A DNA stretch of 64,000 bases from Promethearchaeota archaeon (GTDB lineage: Archaea > Asgardarchaeota > Lokiarchaeia > Sigyniarchaeales > SOKP01). A program made the translations under genes and the position numbers. The DNA lies in NCBI GenBank assembly GCA_048940925.1, contig JBHLOC010000001.1:128001-192000 (forward strand). Direction: 5' to 3'. This document shows, in pieces, positions 42,304 through 51,675 of this stretch (positions are counted from its first letter, which is position 1; every line of letters starts with the position of its first letter). The notes under the pieces were generated by a model, which was not told where the DNA came from, searched no databases, and worked only from the letters and a program-made list of their open reading frames with translations.

Positions 42304-42675
42304 CTAAGACCATGCTACTTTATTGATAAAAATCGACCATTCTAATAAAATCATACCTTCATCGCTAGTATGAGCAATAAGATAATTTCCATTTTTCGTA
42401 ATAGACCCAACGATATTTCCCTTTCCGCCAGTAATATTTTTAGCTGCTAATTGGATTTCATCATTTTTTAAAATAGCAAATCGATAATTCTGAAACATAA
42501 GAGATGATTCTTTTGTTTTCCATGCACTTAATATGGCTTTAGCTTCTTCATTTGATAAAGGAAATTCACCAGATTTAAAAATAATATCTCCTTCTTTATT
42601 TAAAAGAAAAACTTCCTCAACCCCTTCTTGTCTTTTAAGTGAATCGACAAGACTATCAAATCTTTGTTCTTCTAT
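42304..42675 (-). CDS. Profilin-like protein (123 aa, apparent ATA start; ORF track shows only the last 64 aa)
   Basis: Open frame IEEQRFDSLVDSL...VFLLNKEGDIIFKSGEFPLSNEEAKAILSAW...LMFQNYRFAILKND...KNITGGKGNIVG...YLIAH; GGTGAT SD 5 nt upstream. Confidence 0.7.
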   Translation of the reverse strand: MEEQRFDSLVDSLKRQEGVEEVFLLNKEGDIIFKSGEFPLSNEEAKAILSAWKTKESSLMFQNYRFAILKNDEIQLAAKNITGGKGNIVGSITKNGNYLIAHTSDEGMILLEWSIFINKVAWS

Positions 42676-42850
42676 AATTTATCACCTTACATAAAAAAAC
42701 TGCTTTTAGGTTTATTGAAAGATAAAAATTTTGTAATTTAAATCTTTTTACACTTTAAATTGATTTTGATTAAAATTGAGAAAAATTTTTTACATTATAG
42801 GGATTATGATAATTACATTTTAATTGTTTTTAGCTCATCTTGATCTTCTG

Positions 42851-43645
42851 ATGGTAGAAAAGCTAATATTGTTTGATAAGATTTATAATATATCGAATAA
42901 AGGAAGGAAAGAAGATATTTATTTAAGATATCTTAAATACTTGAAAGAACATGTTAAGGGCTTTTCAGATACTTCAATTAATATTAAAAAATTAAGAAAG
43001 TTTGACAAAAGATTTGAAGTGAGCATTAGTGGTCCGGAAGAGCGTTTTATTTTTAACCTATTAAAAAAAGAGATAGGATCTATCCATGAATTCAAAGATA
43101 TTAAAGTGGGGAAGGAATTCAAAGGATCACTTGTAGATGTGGGAAAAGTTGGATTTGGTCTATTCGTCGATTGTGCTATTCTTAATCCACGTGCTGATGT
43201 GCTTATAAATCTACACACTTTACGCTCCCAATTGTGTGGTGGAAGAGAAAGATCTCTAAAAGAAATCATTGAAGCATATGATTTCATTGATCATTTTCCA
43301 GTATTGGTTAAAATTACTGAGATAGATATTGTAAAAAATAAATTATTAGGAGAATTAGCACCACATACTATAAACTTCTTTCAAAAAATTGTGGAAGAAA
43401 ATATCGAGGGTGTGTTTTTAAGCGGAGAAACTAAAGGACAGTTCAAAAAAGTAATCAATAAAAAAGGACATTTCCGAGATATTATTACTTTTAAACGTTT
43501 TGGTTTTTTAGAAAATTTTGTTTTATTAAAAGAGGGATCTGATGCTCCTGGAATCATTTCTCATATTGGCAATGAACTGGAGAATTGTAAATTAAGCGCT
43601 ATACGTCCTGGAAAAATACGAAGATTAGGTATGAGGATGGAGTAA
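42851..43645 (+). CDS. DUF2110-like conserved archaeal protein
   Basis: LVDVGKVGFGLFVD, GFLE..V.LKEGSDAPGII. Confidence 0.75.
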   Translation: MVEKLILFDKIYNISNKGRKEDIYLRYLKYLKEHVKGFSDTSINIKKLRKFDKRFEVSISGPEERFIFNLLKKEIGSIHEFKDIKVGKEFKGSLVDVGKVGFGLFVDCAILNPRADVLINLHTLRSQLCGGRERSLKEIIEAYDFIDHFPVLVKITEIDIVKNKLLGELAPHTINFFQKIVEENIEGVFLSGETKGQFKKVINKKGHFRDIITFKRFGFLENFVLLKEGSDAPGIISHIGNELENCKLSAIRPGKIRRLGMRME

Positions 43646-43695
43646 ATAATGAATTTTTAAAAAAACTCTAAAAGAAACCAACATTCAAGGAAAAT

Positions 43696-43797
43696 CGGGC
43701 TATGAGGGATTTGAACCCCCGACCTGCCGGTATCCGCTACGAATTTTGTAATAGTCGCTTAAGAGCCGGTTGCGCTACCTGCCTGCGCCAATAGCCC
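43696..43797 (-). tRNA. tRNA-Lys(CTT) with 28-nt intron at 37/38 (43732..43759)
   Basis: Acceptor GGGCTAT/ATAGCCC, T-loop GGTTCAAATCC, anticodon loop CT-CTT-A^A. Confidence 0.9.
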
Positions 43798-43835
43798 TTT
43801 CATATAAATTTATAAAATTGTCAATATATACTTAG

Positions 43836-43945
43836 CGCAGACGGAGGGACTCGAACCCCCGAGCGCTTATGCGCACCGGCTCTCAATGTTATGATCTTCA
43901 TTATAGCACTCAAGGCCGGCGTCTTACCAACTAGGCTACGTCTGC
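43836..43945 (-). tRNA. tRNA-Ser(TGA) with 27-nt anticodon-loop intron (about 43882..43908)
   Basis: Acceptor GCAGACG/CGTCTGC, G73, long variable arm, CCGGC/GCCGG stem; exact junction ambiguous because TTGAG is repeated. Confidence 0.85.
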
Positions 43946-44133
43946 ACAATATATTTGATTTTAAGATTCTTAGCTATTAATTTAGATTATATTAAATATA
44001 ATAAATTTTTTTTTATTCTAAATTTGTTCATAGGGAATAAATTATATCTTTTGAAAGCTAGATTTTATAATAAAATATTAAAATTTTGAAATGTTATATT
44101 GAAATTGTACAATATCAAAAATTTGTCAAACAT

Positions 44134-44216
44134 GCAATCGTCGCTTAGCCTGGTAGAGCGCCGGTCTGCTAAACCGGTGTCCAACGGATTCGTGGGTTCA
44201 AATCCCACCGATTGCG
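44134..44216 (+). tRNA. tRNA-Ser(GCT), no intron
   Basis: GCAATCG/CGATTGC, CCGGT-CTGCTAA-ACCGG, long variable arm. Confidence 0.93.
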
Positions 44217-44225
44217 TTTAGCTAT

Positions 44226-44331
44226 GGGCCAGTGGTCTAGTGGTTATGACGTCTCGCTTACACCGAGAAGGTCGGGAGTTCAATAGGAAAAAATATCTCA
44301 TCTTTTCTTGGAAACCTCTCCTGGCCCACCA
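44226..44331 (+). tRNA. tRNA-Val(TAC) with 30-nt non-canonical T-loop intron at 59/60 (44285..44314); CCA encoded
   Basis: TCTCG-CTTACAC-CGAGA anticodon arm; BHB with UUCA/UGGA helix and AU^A, AA^C bulges. Confidence 0.92.
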
Positions 44332-44495
44332 TTTTATCATTCCCGATATCAATATGGAAAGAAGAAGATAATAATAACAGATTAATAGATTCAGACGTCT
44401 ACAGAAACATATTATTCTCTTACTTTATTGATTTTAATATAATTTCCTATATGATTTTCTTACTAAAATAGGTAAAATATAAATTTTATACTACA

Positions 44496-44993
44496 TTGTC
44501 CTATAATAATATGAGTGGGGTAAAAGATTTCCGTTACTTGATTCCTGAGAGTTTATTTAAGGAAATCACACAAAAAGCTGCAGAAGAATATCCTAATATA
44601 ATTCATGGATGGCTTTTTGCTGATCGTAAGGAGAATTTCGGCATATGTACACAATTTATAATGAATCCAGATTTAAGAAAAACGAAAGTTCATGTAAAGC
44701 CGCGGAGTTGGATGAGATATAAAAAATCGAAAATCTATAATATGCGAAAGTTTAAACAGGAGCTAGGAGTCGACATTGTATGGCAATGGCACTCTCATCC
44801 AACAGGTCAAGAGAAACTTCACGCTATTGACAAGAGAATATTGAAATATTTGTCCAACGGTGTGATGATAATTGTTGTGCCCCCTGTAGAAGAGAAAGAT
44901 CAAAAAGCGCATCTCGTAGGCTGGTATTACGACAAACGGTATACTAAAAAGCCAATCATAGAAAAAATGGTTTTTGAAATAATCTCCGAATAA
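44496..44993 (+). CDS. JAB/MPN (JAMM) domain protein
   Basis: WHSHP-x9-D (HxH-x10-D spacing). Confidence 0.8.
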   Translation: MSYNNMSGVKDFRYLIPESLFKEITQKAAEEYPNIIHGWLFADRKENFGICTQFIMNPDLRKTKVHVKPRSWMRYKKSKIYNMRKFKQELGVDIVWQWHSHPTGQEKLHAIDKRILKYLSNGVMIIVVPPVEEKDQKAHLVGWYYDKRYTKKPIIEKMVFEIISE

Positions 44994-45110
44994 AATAGGT
45001 TCTCTAATTGAAAAATATTTTTTACTTTTATTCTGTTGATGTTTGAGTAATTTCTTATTGAATTATTAATGTTTATTCCAGTTTATTTTAAAAAAAATAA
45101 AATAGGATGC

Positions 45111-45130
45111 TAATGTCTCAAGAGACATTA
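45111..45130 (-). terminator. Hairpin plus U-tract after micropeptide copy 2
   Basis: Perfect TAATGTCTC-aa-GAGACATTA inverted repeat. Confidence 0.6.
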
Positions 45131-45136
45131 TATGAC

Positions 45137-45169
45137 TTATGGTATAGGTCCTCTATCTCCACGAAACAT
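45137..45169 (-). CDS. Putative 10-aa micropeptide MFRGDRGPIP (copy 2)
   Basis: Same length, motif, stop-hairpin spacing and upstream element as 41310..41342. Confidence 0.6.
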   Translation of the reverse strand: MFRGDRGPIP

Positions 45170-45309
45170 AATATATTTTTTTTTCTAATATATTTGTTTA
45201 GCACTAAAAAATTTGATTGAATTTTTAAGCAATTTTATATTGATACACTAAAGAAGATAAAAATAGATAATGTTGTGGTTTATTCTCAAACCACATATTC
45301 CTTATAAAA

Positions 45310-46203
45310 TTAGTTTAAATATTGAAATACAATTTCGAAATCTGAAAAGTCAAATGGTTTTAAGATAAACCCATCTGCTTTAATTTCGACCATTTTCTTT
45401 TCAACTTCGGAACTAGGAATAGCAGTCAATAAATACACAGGTATGGATTTATATGATTTATGATCTTTTATCAATTTGCAGATCTCATAACCAGAAATAT
45501 CTGGAAGAATGATATCCAGTAAGATTAATTTTGGTAATCCACCACGTAATTCTTCTATTCCTTTTGTGCCACTAACTACACCTTTACACTTATAACCTTT
45601 ACTCTCGAAATAGCTTGTAAGCAATTTAATGGTCGCAAGGTCATCTTCAATGAGGAGAATATCGTATTGAGATTCAGTTTCTTCCACTTTAATGTTGTCC
45701 AAAATATTGATAATTTTACTTTCAAGAAGTAAACTTTGGTCAAAGATGTTTTTTATTGTGGATAGTACTTCCTCATCTAAGTCGTCCTTATAATTTTCTA
45801 AAAGAAGTTGGCTAAAGCCTTTAATAGTTGTTAGTGGTTCTTTTAGCGCATGAGAAATAGTTGAGATGGTTTTTTCATCAATTCTACTTAAACCTCCTCC
45901 CAATATATTAGATTTTTGTTCTATGTAATAATCAACACTGTCTCTAATCAATGCAGAGATTGTAGAATAATCATGGGTTTCTTTAAATTTTTGCCATTCA
46001 GATTTGGTTTCGTCTGATACATAGAGAGATATACGCTCTTTATCTCGGTCATAAATTTTTTCACCCTTTAACCATTTTTTAAATCCTTCAGTAATGGTAC
46101 CACGCCATATAGCATATTTGTCAGTCTGTTCCTCGTATTCTTTCATTAAGTTTTTTGCTTTTTTACTTTCCAAATCTAAATTAGCTATTTCCTCATCTGT
46201 CAT
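45310..46203 (-). CDS. Response regulator: RHH-like + HisKA-like + receiver (paralog 1; frame open upstream to ATA 46302)
   Basis: RISLYVSDETK..W....ISALIRDSV; ISHALKEPLTTIKG; LLIEDD, LLDIILPD, KPF. Confidence 0.85.
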   Translation of the reverse strand: MTDEEIANLDLESKKAKNLMKEYEEQTDKYAIWRGTITEGFKKWLKGEKIYDRDKERISLYVSDETKSEWQKFKETHDYSTISALIRDSVDYYIEQKSNILGGGLSRIDEKTISTISHALKEPLTTIKGFSQLLLENYKDDLDEEVLSTIKNIFDQSLLLESKIINILDNIKVEETESQYDILLIEDDLATIKLLTSYFESKGYKCKGVVSGTKGIEELRGGLPKLILLDIILPDISGYEICKLIKDHKSYKSIPVYLLTAIPSSEVEKKMVEIKADGFILKPFDFSDFEIVFQYLN

Positions 46204-46568
46204 ACTCGGTCTATCATCATTATTTTCTATAACTTTTTCAGTTTTATTCTTGTCTTTTTTCTCTTCGTCCGGAATTTCTTCTACATCTCTCTTTTGCTTT
46301 ATTTAGACTATTCAAAATTCTTTCAAATTAAATCTAATACTATTTTTGTATACTCTTGTATAAAATTGAACACTATTAATTGTATTTCTATTTTTTTTTA
46401 TAAAAATAATTATTTGTTTACAATTATTGATAATTTTTTATCAATTAATAAATCTTTTTTATTATAAAGTTAATGTGATATCGTAATTATTTCCAATTCA
46501 ATGCAAAAAGAGCTTTTTAGAGGTAATGAAAAGATGATGATAATACTATTAAAAGAATAAGTTTTTTA

Positions 46569-47495
46569 TTAATTCTTCTCACTTTTTAAAATATCAAAAA
46601 TAACTTCAAAATCAGAAAAATTAAAAGGTTTTAGAATATACCCATTAGCTTTTGTTTCTTCAAGGTTTTTTTCAACTTCAGAACCTGCTATAGCAGTTAA
46701 GAAGTACACAGGAATATTCGACCATTCTTTATCTGATTTTATAGTTTTACAAATATCATAACCACTTAAATCAGGCAAAATTATATCTAATAATATTAAT
46801 TTAGGAATAGCATGGCCTAATTCTTCTAAACCTTTAGATCCGCTAACAATACCCTTACATTTATAGCCTTTACTGTCAAAGTAACTCGTGATTAAGCGAA
46901 TTGTTGCTAGATCATCCTCAACCAATAACACATCATATTCAGACTCTACCTTAATATTATCTAGGATATTGATTATTTTTGTCTCAAGAAGAACACTTTG
47001 TTCGAAAATATTTTTTACGGTGTCTAATATGTGATCATTCAATTTTTCTTTGTAATTTTCAAGAAGTAATTGTGAATATCCTTTTATTGAAGTTAATGGT
47101 TCTTTTAAAGTATGAGAAATATTAGAAATCGTCTGTTTATTTAATTCCTTCAGAGTGTAATTATTTTCCATTGATTTACTTTGGATGAAGGCTTCCACTG
47201 ATTGCCTTATTAATTTAGAAATCGTCAAAGAACCATTATTTTTAGTAAAATTTAGCCATTTAGTTTTAGTATCTTCAGAAACATATAAAGAGATTCGTTC
47301 TTTGTCTCGATGGTATATTTTCTCTCCTTTTTGCCATTTTTTATAACCTTCTGTCACTACGCCTCGCCATACTGAATATCTTCCGGTTTCTTTTTCATAT
47401 TTTTTCATTTCTTCAGATTTTTCAATGGAACTATTATCAATTTTGATTAGTTCTTTATCATCTGAGTCTTCTTCGCTATCCTTTGATTTTTCCAC
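46569..47495 (-). CDS. Response regulator: RHH-like + HisKA-like + receiver (paralog 2)
   Basis: Same architecture: RISLYVSED, ISHTLKEPL, LVEDD, LLDIILPD, KPF. Confidence 0.85.
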   Translation of the reverse strand: MEKSKDSEEDSDDKELIKIDNSSIEKSEEMKKYEKETGRYSVWRGVVTEGYKKWQKGEKIYHRDKERISLYVSEDTKTKWLNFTKNNGSLTISKLIRQSVEAFIQSKSMENNYTLKELNKQTISNISHTLKEPLTSIKGYSQLLLENYKEKLNDHILDTVKNIFEQSVLLETKIINILDNIKVESEYDVLLVEDDLATIRLITSYFDSKGYKCKGIVSGSKGLEELGHAIPKLILLDIILPDLSGYDICKTIKSDKEWSNIPVYFLTAIAGSEVEKNLEETKANGYILKPFNFSDFEVIFDILKSEKN

Positions 47496-48136
47496 AGATT
47501 TTTTTGGAGTAGGTATTTTTTGACCACTAATTTTAGATCTAAATTTTTTGTAAAAAAATAATATAAGTATTACTATTTAACGTTTTTTTATTATACAAAT
47601 TTTGAGGGATGACCATAAGAAAAATATTTTAGTTCAAAAAAGTCGTTTATAACATTATGAAAATACTTTTTGTACACAAAATTATTATGAGGGGAATATA
47701 AAATTTAGTAAAAAATTATTTGTCCCTAATTTTAGACCTTTTTGTAGAGTGATTTTTATTTTAAACTGAATAGTATTTTAATTTCGACAAAAGTAAGATA
47801 CAATTAAGAATTTTTACAACAATTTATATAATGTCTATATTATATGATTTCAATAATGAGTCTTCAATAAATTTTTACAATAAAACTTATAACAAAAAAT
47901 TGTATTTCAAAAAAAACGGATAACAAATTGATTTTATCTAGATGTTTTTTTATACAAAAAGCAACATTTATATATCTGAGTCACCTATTTTGTTATAACG
48001 AAGAGACTTTTTTCACACAAATATCTGATGGTTCAAAAAAAAGATAAATTTGTGTGTAAAAAATTAAGCAAAAATATGGAATTCTTGTATGTAAATCAAG
48101 AATTATAATATAAGATTTGGGATAAGGTAAGGGTTA

Positions 48137-49027
48137 ATGGTTGTAGAAATAACACCTCATACAAGTTTTTGTCCAGAATGCGGGGGAGGCACTCTCTCTA
48201 TTGAACAGAGAGGAGAAACAGTTTGTAAGCAATGTGGCTTGGTTTTAAACGAAAAACAAGTAGATATTTCTCATAGTGGAATAAGAGCGTATTCAAAGCA
48301 AGAAAAAGATAAGAAAGAGAGGACTGGATGTCCTATTTCTATTTTAATGCCTGATATTGGATTAAGTACGATTATTGATCGAACAAAAATTAAGAATCCT
48401 GATTTAAGGAGAGCAGCAAAGTGGAATACGCATTTATCGTGGGAAAAGCGAAATATGCTTATAGCAATTACGGAGTTAAAACGAATTGGAGGCAATTTAA
48501 ATTTTCCTGAACGTGTTAAGAAATCGGCTGTTCGATTATATAAGGAAGTATTTAAAAAGAACCTATTAAGAGGTAGATCTATAAATGGTATGATAGCAGC
48601 TTGTGCATATTATGTGTGTAAACAAGAAAGGGTTCCAATAACACTTCAGGAGATTTTAAATGAAGCTTCTATTAATGATAACATTGTAAAGAAGTGCTAT
48701 AAAATCTTGGTAAGAGAATTAAATTTAAAATCTCAACATATAGATCCTGTTTCCCTAATTCCTCGATATTGTGCTGATTTAGAGTTGAATATAAATATAG
48801 AAAAGGAAGCTATTAAAATATTAAAGAATTTCATTCAAAATACATCTATTTGTGGCAAAGATCCAAAAGGGTTGTGTGCAGGTGCTATATATTTAGTATC
48901 GAAGCTAAAAAACCAAAAAGTAAGTCAAAAAGATATATCACGAGTGATAGGAGTTACAGAGGTGACCTTACGCTCAAGGTATAAGGAATTTTTGCAAAAT
49001 CTCACGTTTAAATTTCAAACCAATTAG
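48137..49027 (+). CDS. tfb: Transcription initiation factor IIB paralog
   Basis: CPEC...CKQCG Zn ribbon, RGRS, GKDPKG, VTEVTLRSRYKE. Confidence 0.95.
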   Translation: MVVEITPHTSFCPECGGGTLSIEQRGETVCKQCGLVLNEKQVDISHSGIRAYSKQEKDKKERTGCPISILMPDIGLSTIIDRTKIKNPDLRRAAKWNTHLSWEKRNMLIAITELKRIGGNLNFPERVKKSAVRLYKEVFKKNLLRGRSINGMIAACAYYVCKQERVPITLQEILNEASINDNIVKKCYKILVRELNLKSQHIDPVSLIPRYCADLELNINIEKEAIKILKNFIQNTSICGKDPKGLCAGAIYLVSKLKNQKVSQKDISRVIGVTEVTLRSRYKEFLQNLTFKFQTN

Positions 49028-49459
49028 GTTTTTTTTCTTTTCCTTTTTTTTTTAAACAAGGTAAAAGGTGGGGGAGACAAATCTCTTAAATTCTATTTCG
49101 AATTATTAATTAAACCCATTAAAAATCTAGAATTCGATAAAAATTCAATTTTTTTGTGGATTATAAATATATACATTCAAAATATTTAATATGTTGCGTG
49201 GAGAACCACCTATACCTTAAATTATGGAATGTTTCTAAAGATATTACAGATTATTTTATTTTTTTGATTAAACTAAACCTTTTTTTTAAATTAATAGATT
49301 TTTATCTAATTGAAAAAATTATTCTTGGTTTCTGCAATAAATGAAAAATTTCCTATTTAAAACTTACTTTTGAAGCAAAATTATGATTTTTTTTGTTTAC
49401 TGTCTTTAAGATAATGCCTTTTATTTATTGAGAATAAGAAAATTTATAATAGGCAATTT

Positions 49460-50188
49460 TTAGTTCTGATGCCCAGTTCTTCTTGCTGCTATTTGCCCAA
49501 CTTTCCTCCCTGGTGGCCGATTTCTATTGGTTGTGGTAGATTTATGAGGAGATTGCTTTGCTCCTCCTCCATATGGATGAGATACAGCATTCATGGCAAC
49601 TCCTCTATTCACAGGCCACTTTTTTGCTTTAGATTTTTTATAATGGAATTTATTTCCTGCTTTAAGGAAAGGTTTATCCGTTCTGCCCCCTCCAGCTACT
49701 ACACCAACAGTAGCTAAGCAAGTTTCATTTATCCACTTAGTTTTTTTAGAACGGAATAAAAGTTCTACTTTATTGCCCGATTTATTCCTAACAATGGCAG
49801 ATACGCCAGATGCTCGAGCAAATTTGCCTCCATCCTGTGGAGTTGCTTCAACATTAAATACTATAGTCCCTAAAGGCATTTTTTTTAATGGTAAAATATT
49901 TCCGACTTTTACTTGTTGACCATATCCAGTTTTAGATTGGATAAATTCTTCACCTTCAAAAATTCCTTCTGGGGGAAGCCAAAGTCGTTTTTCACCATCA
50001 TCATATTGAATTTGAGCTACTGGAGCCCCTCTTCCTGGTGAATGGAGGAGATCTATTACCTTAAATTTTAATAACTTTTCATCTTTTTTGAATGGACGAT
50101 ATTTAATTTGCCCTATGTGACGATGTGAGGGTGATCGAAAAGGTAATGACCCTCTACCTTTCCGTTGAGCAAGAATCCGTTTTCCCAT
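49460..50188 (-). CDS. rpl2: 50S ribosomal protein L2 (uL2)
   Basis: MGKRILAQRKGRG, RGVAMNAVSHPYGGG. Confidence 0.97.
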   Translation of the reverse strand: MGKRILAQRKGRGSLPFRSPSHRHIGQIKYRPFKKDEKLLKFKVIDLLHSPGRGAPVAQIQYDDGEKRLWLPPEGIFEGEEFIQSKTGYGQQVKVGNILPLKKMPLGTIVFNVEATPQDGGKFARASGVSAIVRNKSGNKVELLFRSKKTKWINETCLATVGVVAGGGRTDKPFLKAGNKFHYKKSKAKKWPVNRGVAMNAVSHPYGGGAKQSPHKSTTTNRNRPPGRKVGQIAARRTGHQN

Positions 50189-50316
50189 TTATCTCACATA
50201 AATTTTTAGATACTTATTAAAATTATATTAAACTTAAATTTTTTTTTATTTTCGATAGGATTTAGAATTGGGATAAATTTCTTAATTCTTTAATAAAGTG
50301 CAAAAAAATTATTGAA

Positions 50317-51675
50317 TTAGAGCTTATTATTTTTTAACAAATTATCAATATTATAATTGAATGCAATTGGTATTTCTCTTTCTAGAAATTCACCTGCAAT
50401 ATTTTCTAGTAAAAGAGATTTAATTTCTTCAGGATTATTTGTTTGTCCTAATACCCAACCAAGTTTGACAAGGGCTACTTCAGGCAATAAATTTTTTCCT
50501 GGAATCACGCCTAAATTTTGTAATTCTCTACCAGTTGAATATACATTCATTCCCACAAATCCATGTAATGTTTGTGTAGTCATAAGAAGAGTCATACCTT
50601 CTTGGATAGCTCTTTCAATTGGGTTATAAAGAGTGGTAGGTAAATGTCCTAATCCGGTTCCAGCAAAAACAATTCCCTTATACCCTTTATCAATATAAAA
50701 TTCAACCAATTCACTATCAATTTCAGGATATGAATAGATTAGAGCAATTTTTTTCTCAAAGCTTATCATTGCTTTAGTAACTGATTTTGATCGTTTTCTA
50801 TAATCCTGAGTAAACATTTTGATATTTCTATCTCTTACCATTCCGAGAGGAATACTATTTATAGTTCTAAAAGTATCTCTAACAGAAGAATGCATTTTTC
50901 TTACTAGAGTTCCTCGATGGATTAAACCATATTCATGAGAAGTGGATCCAAGCATTGATACAACCACTTCAGCGATATTAGAACTTGCCACGACTGCAGC
51001 ATTAATTAAATTTAAAGCAGCATCAGATGAGGGTCTATCAGAGCTTCTTTGACTTCCAACCAATACTACAGGGATACTTAGATCCCTTAACATGAAGGAT
51101 AAAGCAGCACTGGTAAAAGACATCGTATCAGTTCCATGCCCTATCATTACCCCATCAATCCCTGAGTTTGCTGCTTCTTCAATTTTCTTAGCTAACTTTT
51201 GCCAGTATTCATGCTTCATGTTTTCTGATAGTATTTCAAAAACCATTTCGCATTCAAGATTACAAATTTCTGCTAATTCGGGAACTGCGCTAAATAATTC
51301 TCCTGGAGTAAAAGAAGGTATTACTGCTCCAGTAGTATAATCTAATCTTGAAGCAACTGTTCCACCTGTACCTAATAGTATGACATTAGGAAGTTTTTTA
51401 TTTTTTGGAAATTCTTTCTCAGGAATTTTATAGGAAACTTCTCTTTTTCCAATTTTTATTATTTCTTTAATTTCAGATACTTTTATACCAATATTGTAAT
51501 TATTGCTTAACTTAAGGTTAATAAAATTAGGTGCGGAATACTCACTTCTAGGCAAAATAATTCCTTCATAATTTGTTTTTGTGGTTTTAATTTGAACTAT
51601 ATCCCAAATTTCTATATTATTCTCTTCTAGAATTTTTTTTCCTTCTAACTTATAACCCCTTAAACTTTTGGTCAA
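50317..51675 (-). CDS. gatD: Glu-tRNA(Gln) amidotransferase subunit D
   Basis: GTGGTVASRLDY, HGTDT, SQRSSDRPSSD, RKMHSS. Confidence 0.96.
   Translation of the reverse strand: MTKSLRGYKLEGKKILEENNIEIWDIVQIKTTKTNYEGIILPRSEYSAPNFINLKLSNNYNIGIKVSEIKEIIKIGKREVSYKIPEKEFPKNKKLPNVILLGTGGTVASRLDYTTGAVIPSFTPGELFSAVPELAEICNLECEMVFEILSENMKHEYWQKLAKKIEEAANSGIDGVMIGHGTDTMSFTSAALSFMLRDLSIPVVLVGSQRSSDRPSSDAALNLINAAVVASSNIAEVVVSMLGSTSHEYGLIHRGTLVRKMHSSVRDTFRTINSIPLGMVRDRNIKMFTQDYRKRSKSVTKAMISFEKKIALIYSYPEIDSELVEFYIDKGYKGIVFAGTGLGHLPTTLYNPIERAIQEGMTLLMTTQTLHGFVGMNVYSTGRELQNLGVIPGKNLLPEVALVKLGWVLGQTNNPEEIKSLLLENIAGEFLEREIPIAFNYNIDNLLKNNKL

Noticed and set aside
41281-45270. Direct repeats as att sites of an integrated mobile element
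   Set aside because: Repeats are too diverged, no integrase or transposase is present, and the enclosed genes are tRNAs and conserved archaeal genes
49156-49344. Short AT-rich ORFs (also 12984..13169, 57915..58112) and the many antisense ORFs inside genes
   Set aside because: Low-complexity composition or complete antisense overlap with well-supported genes
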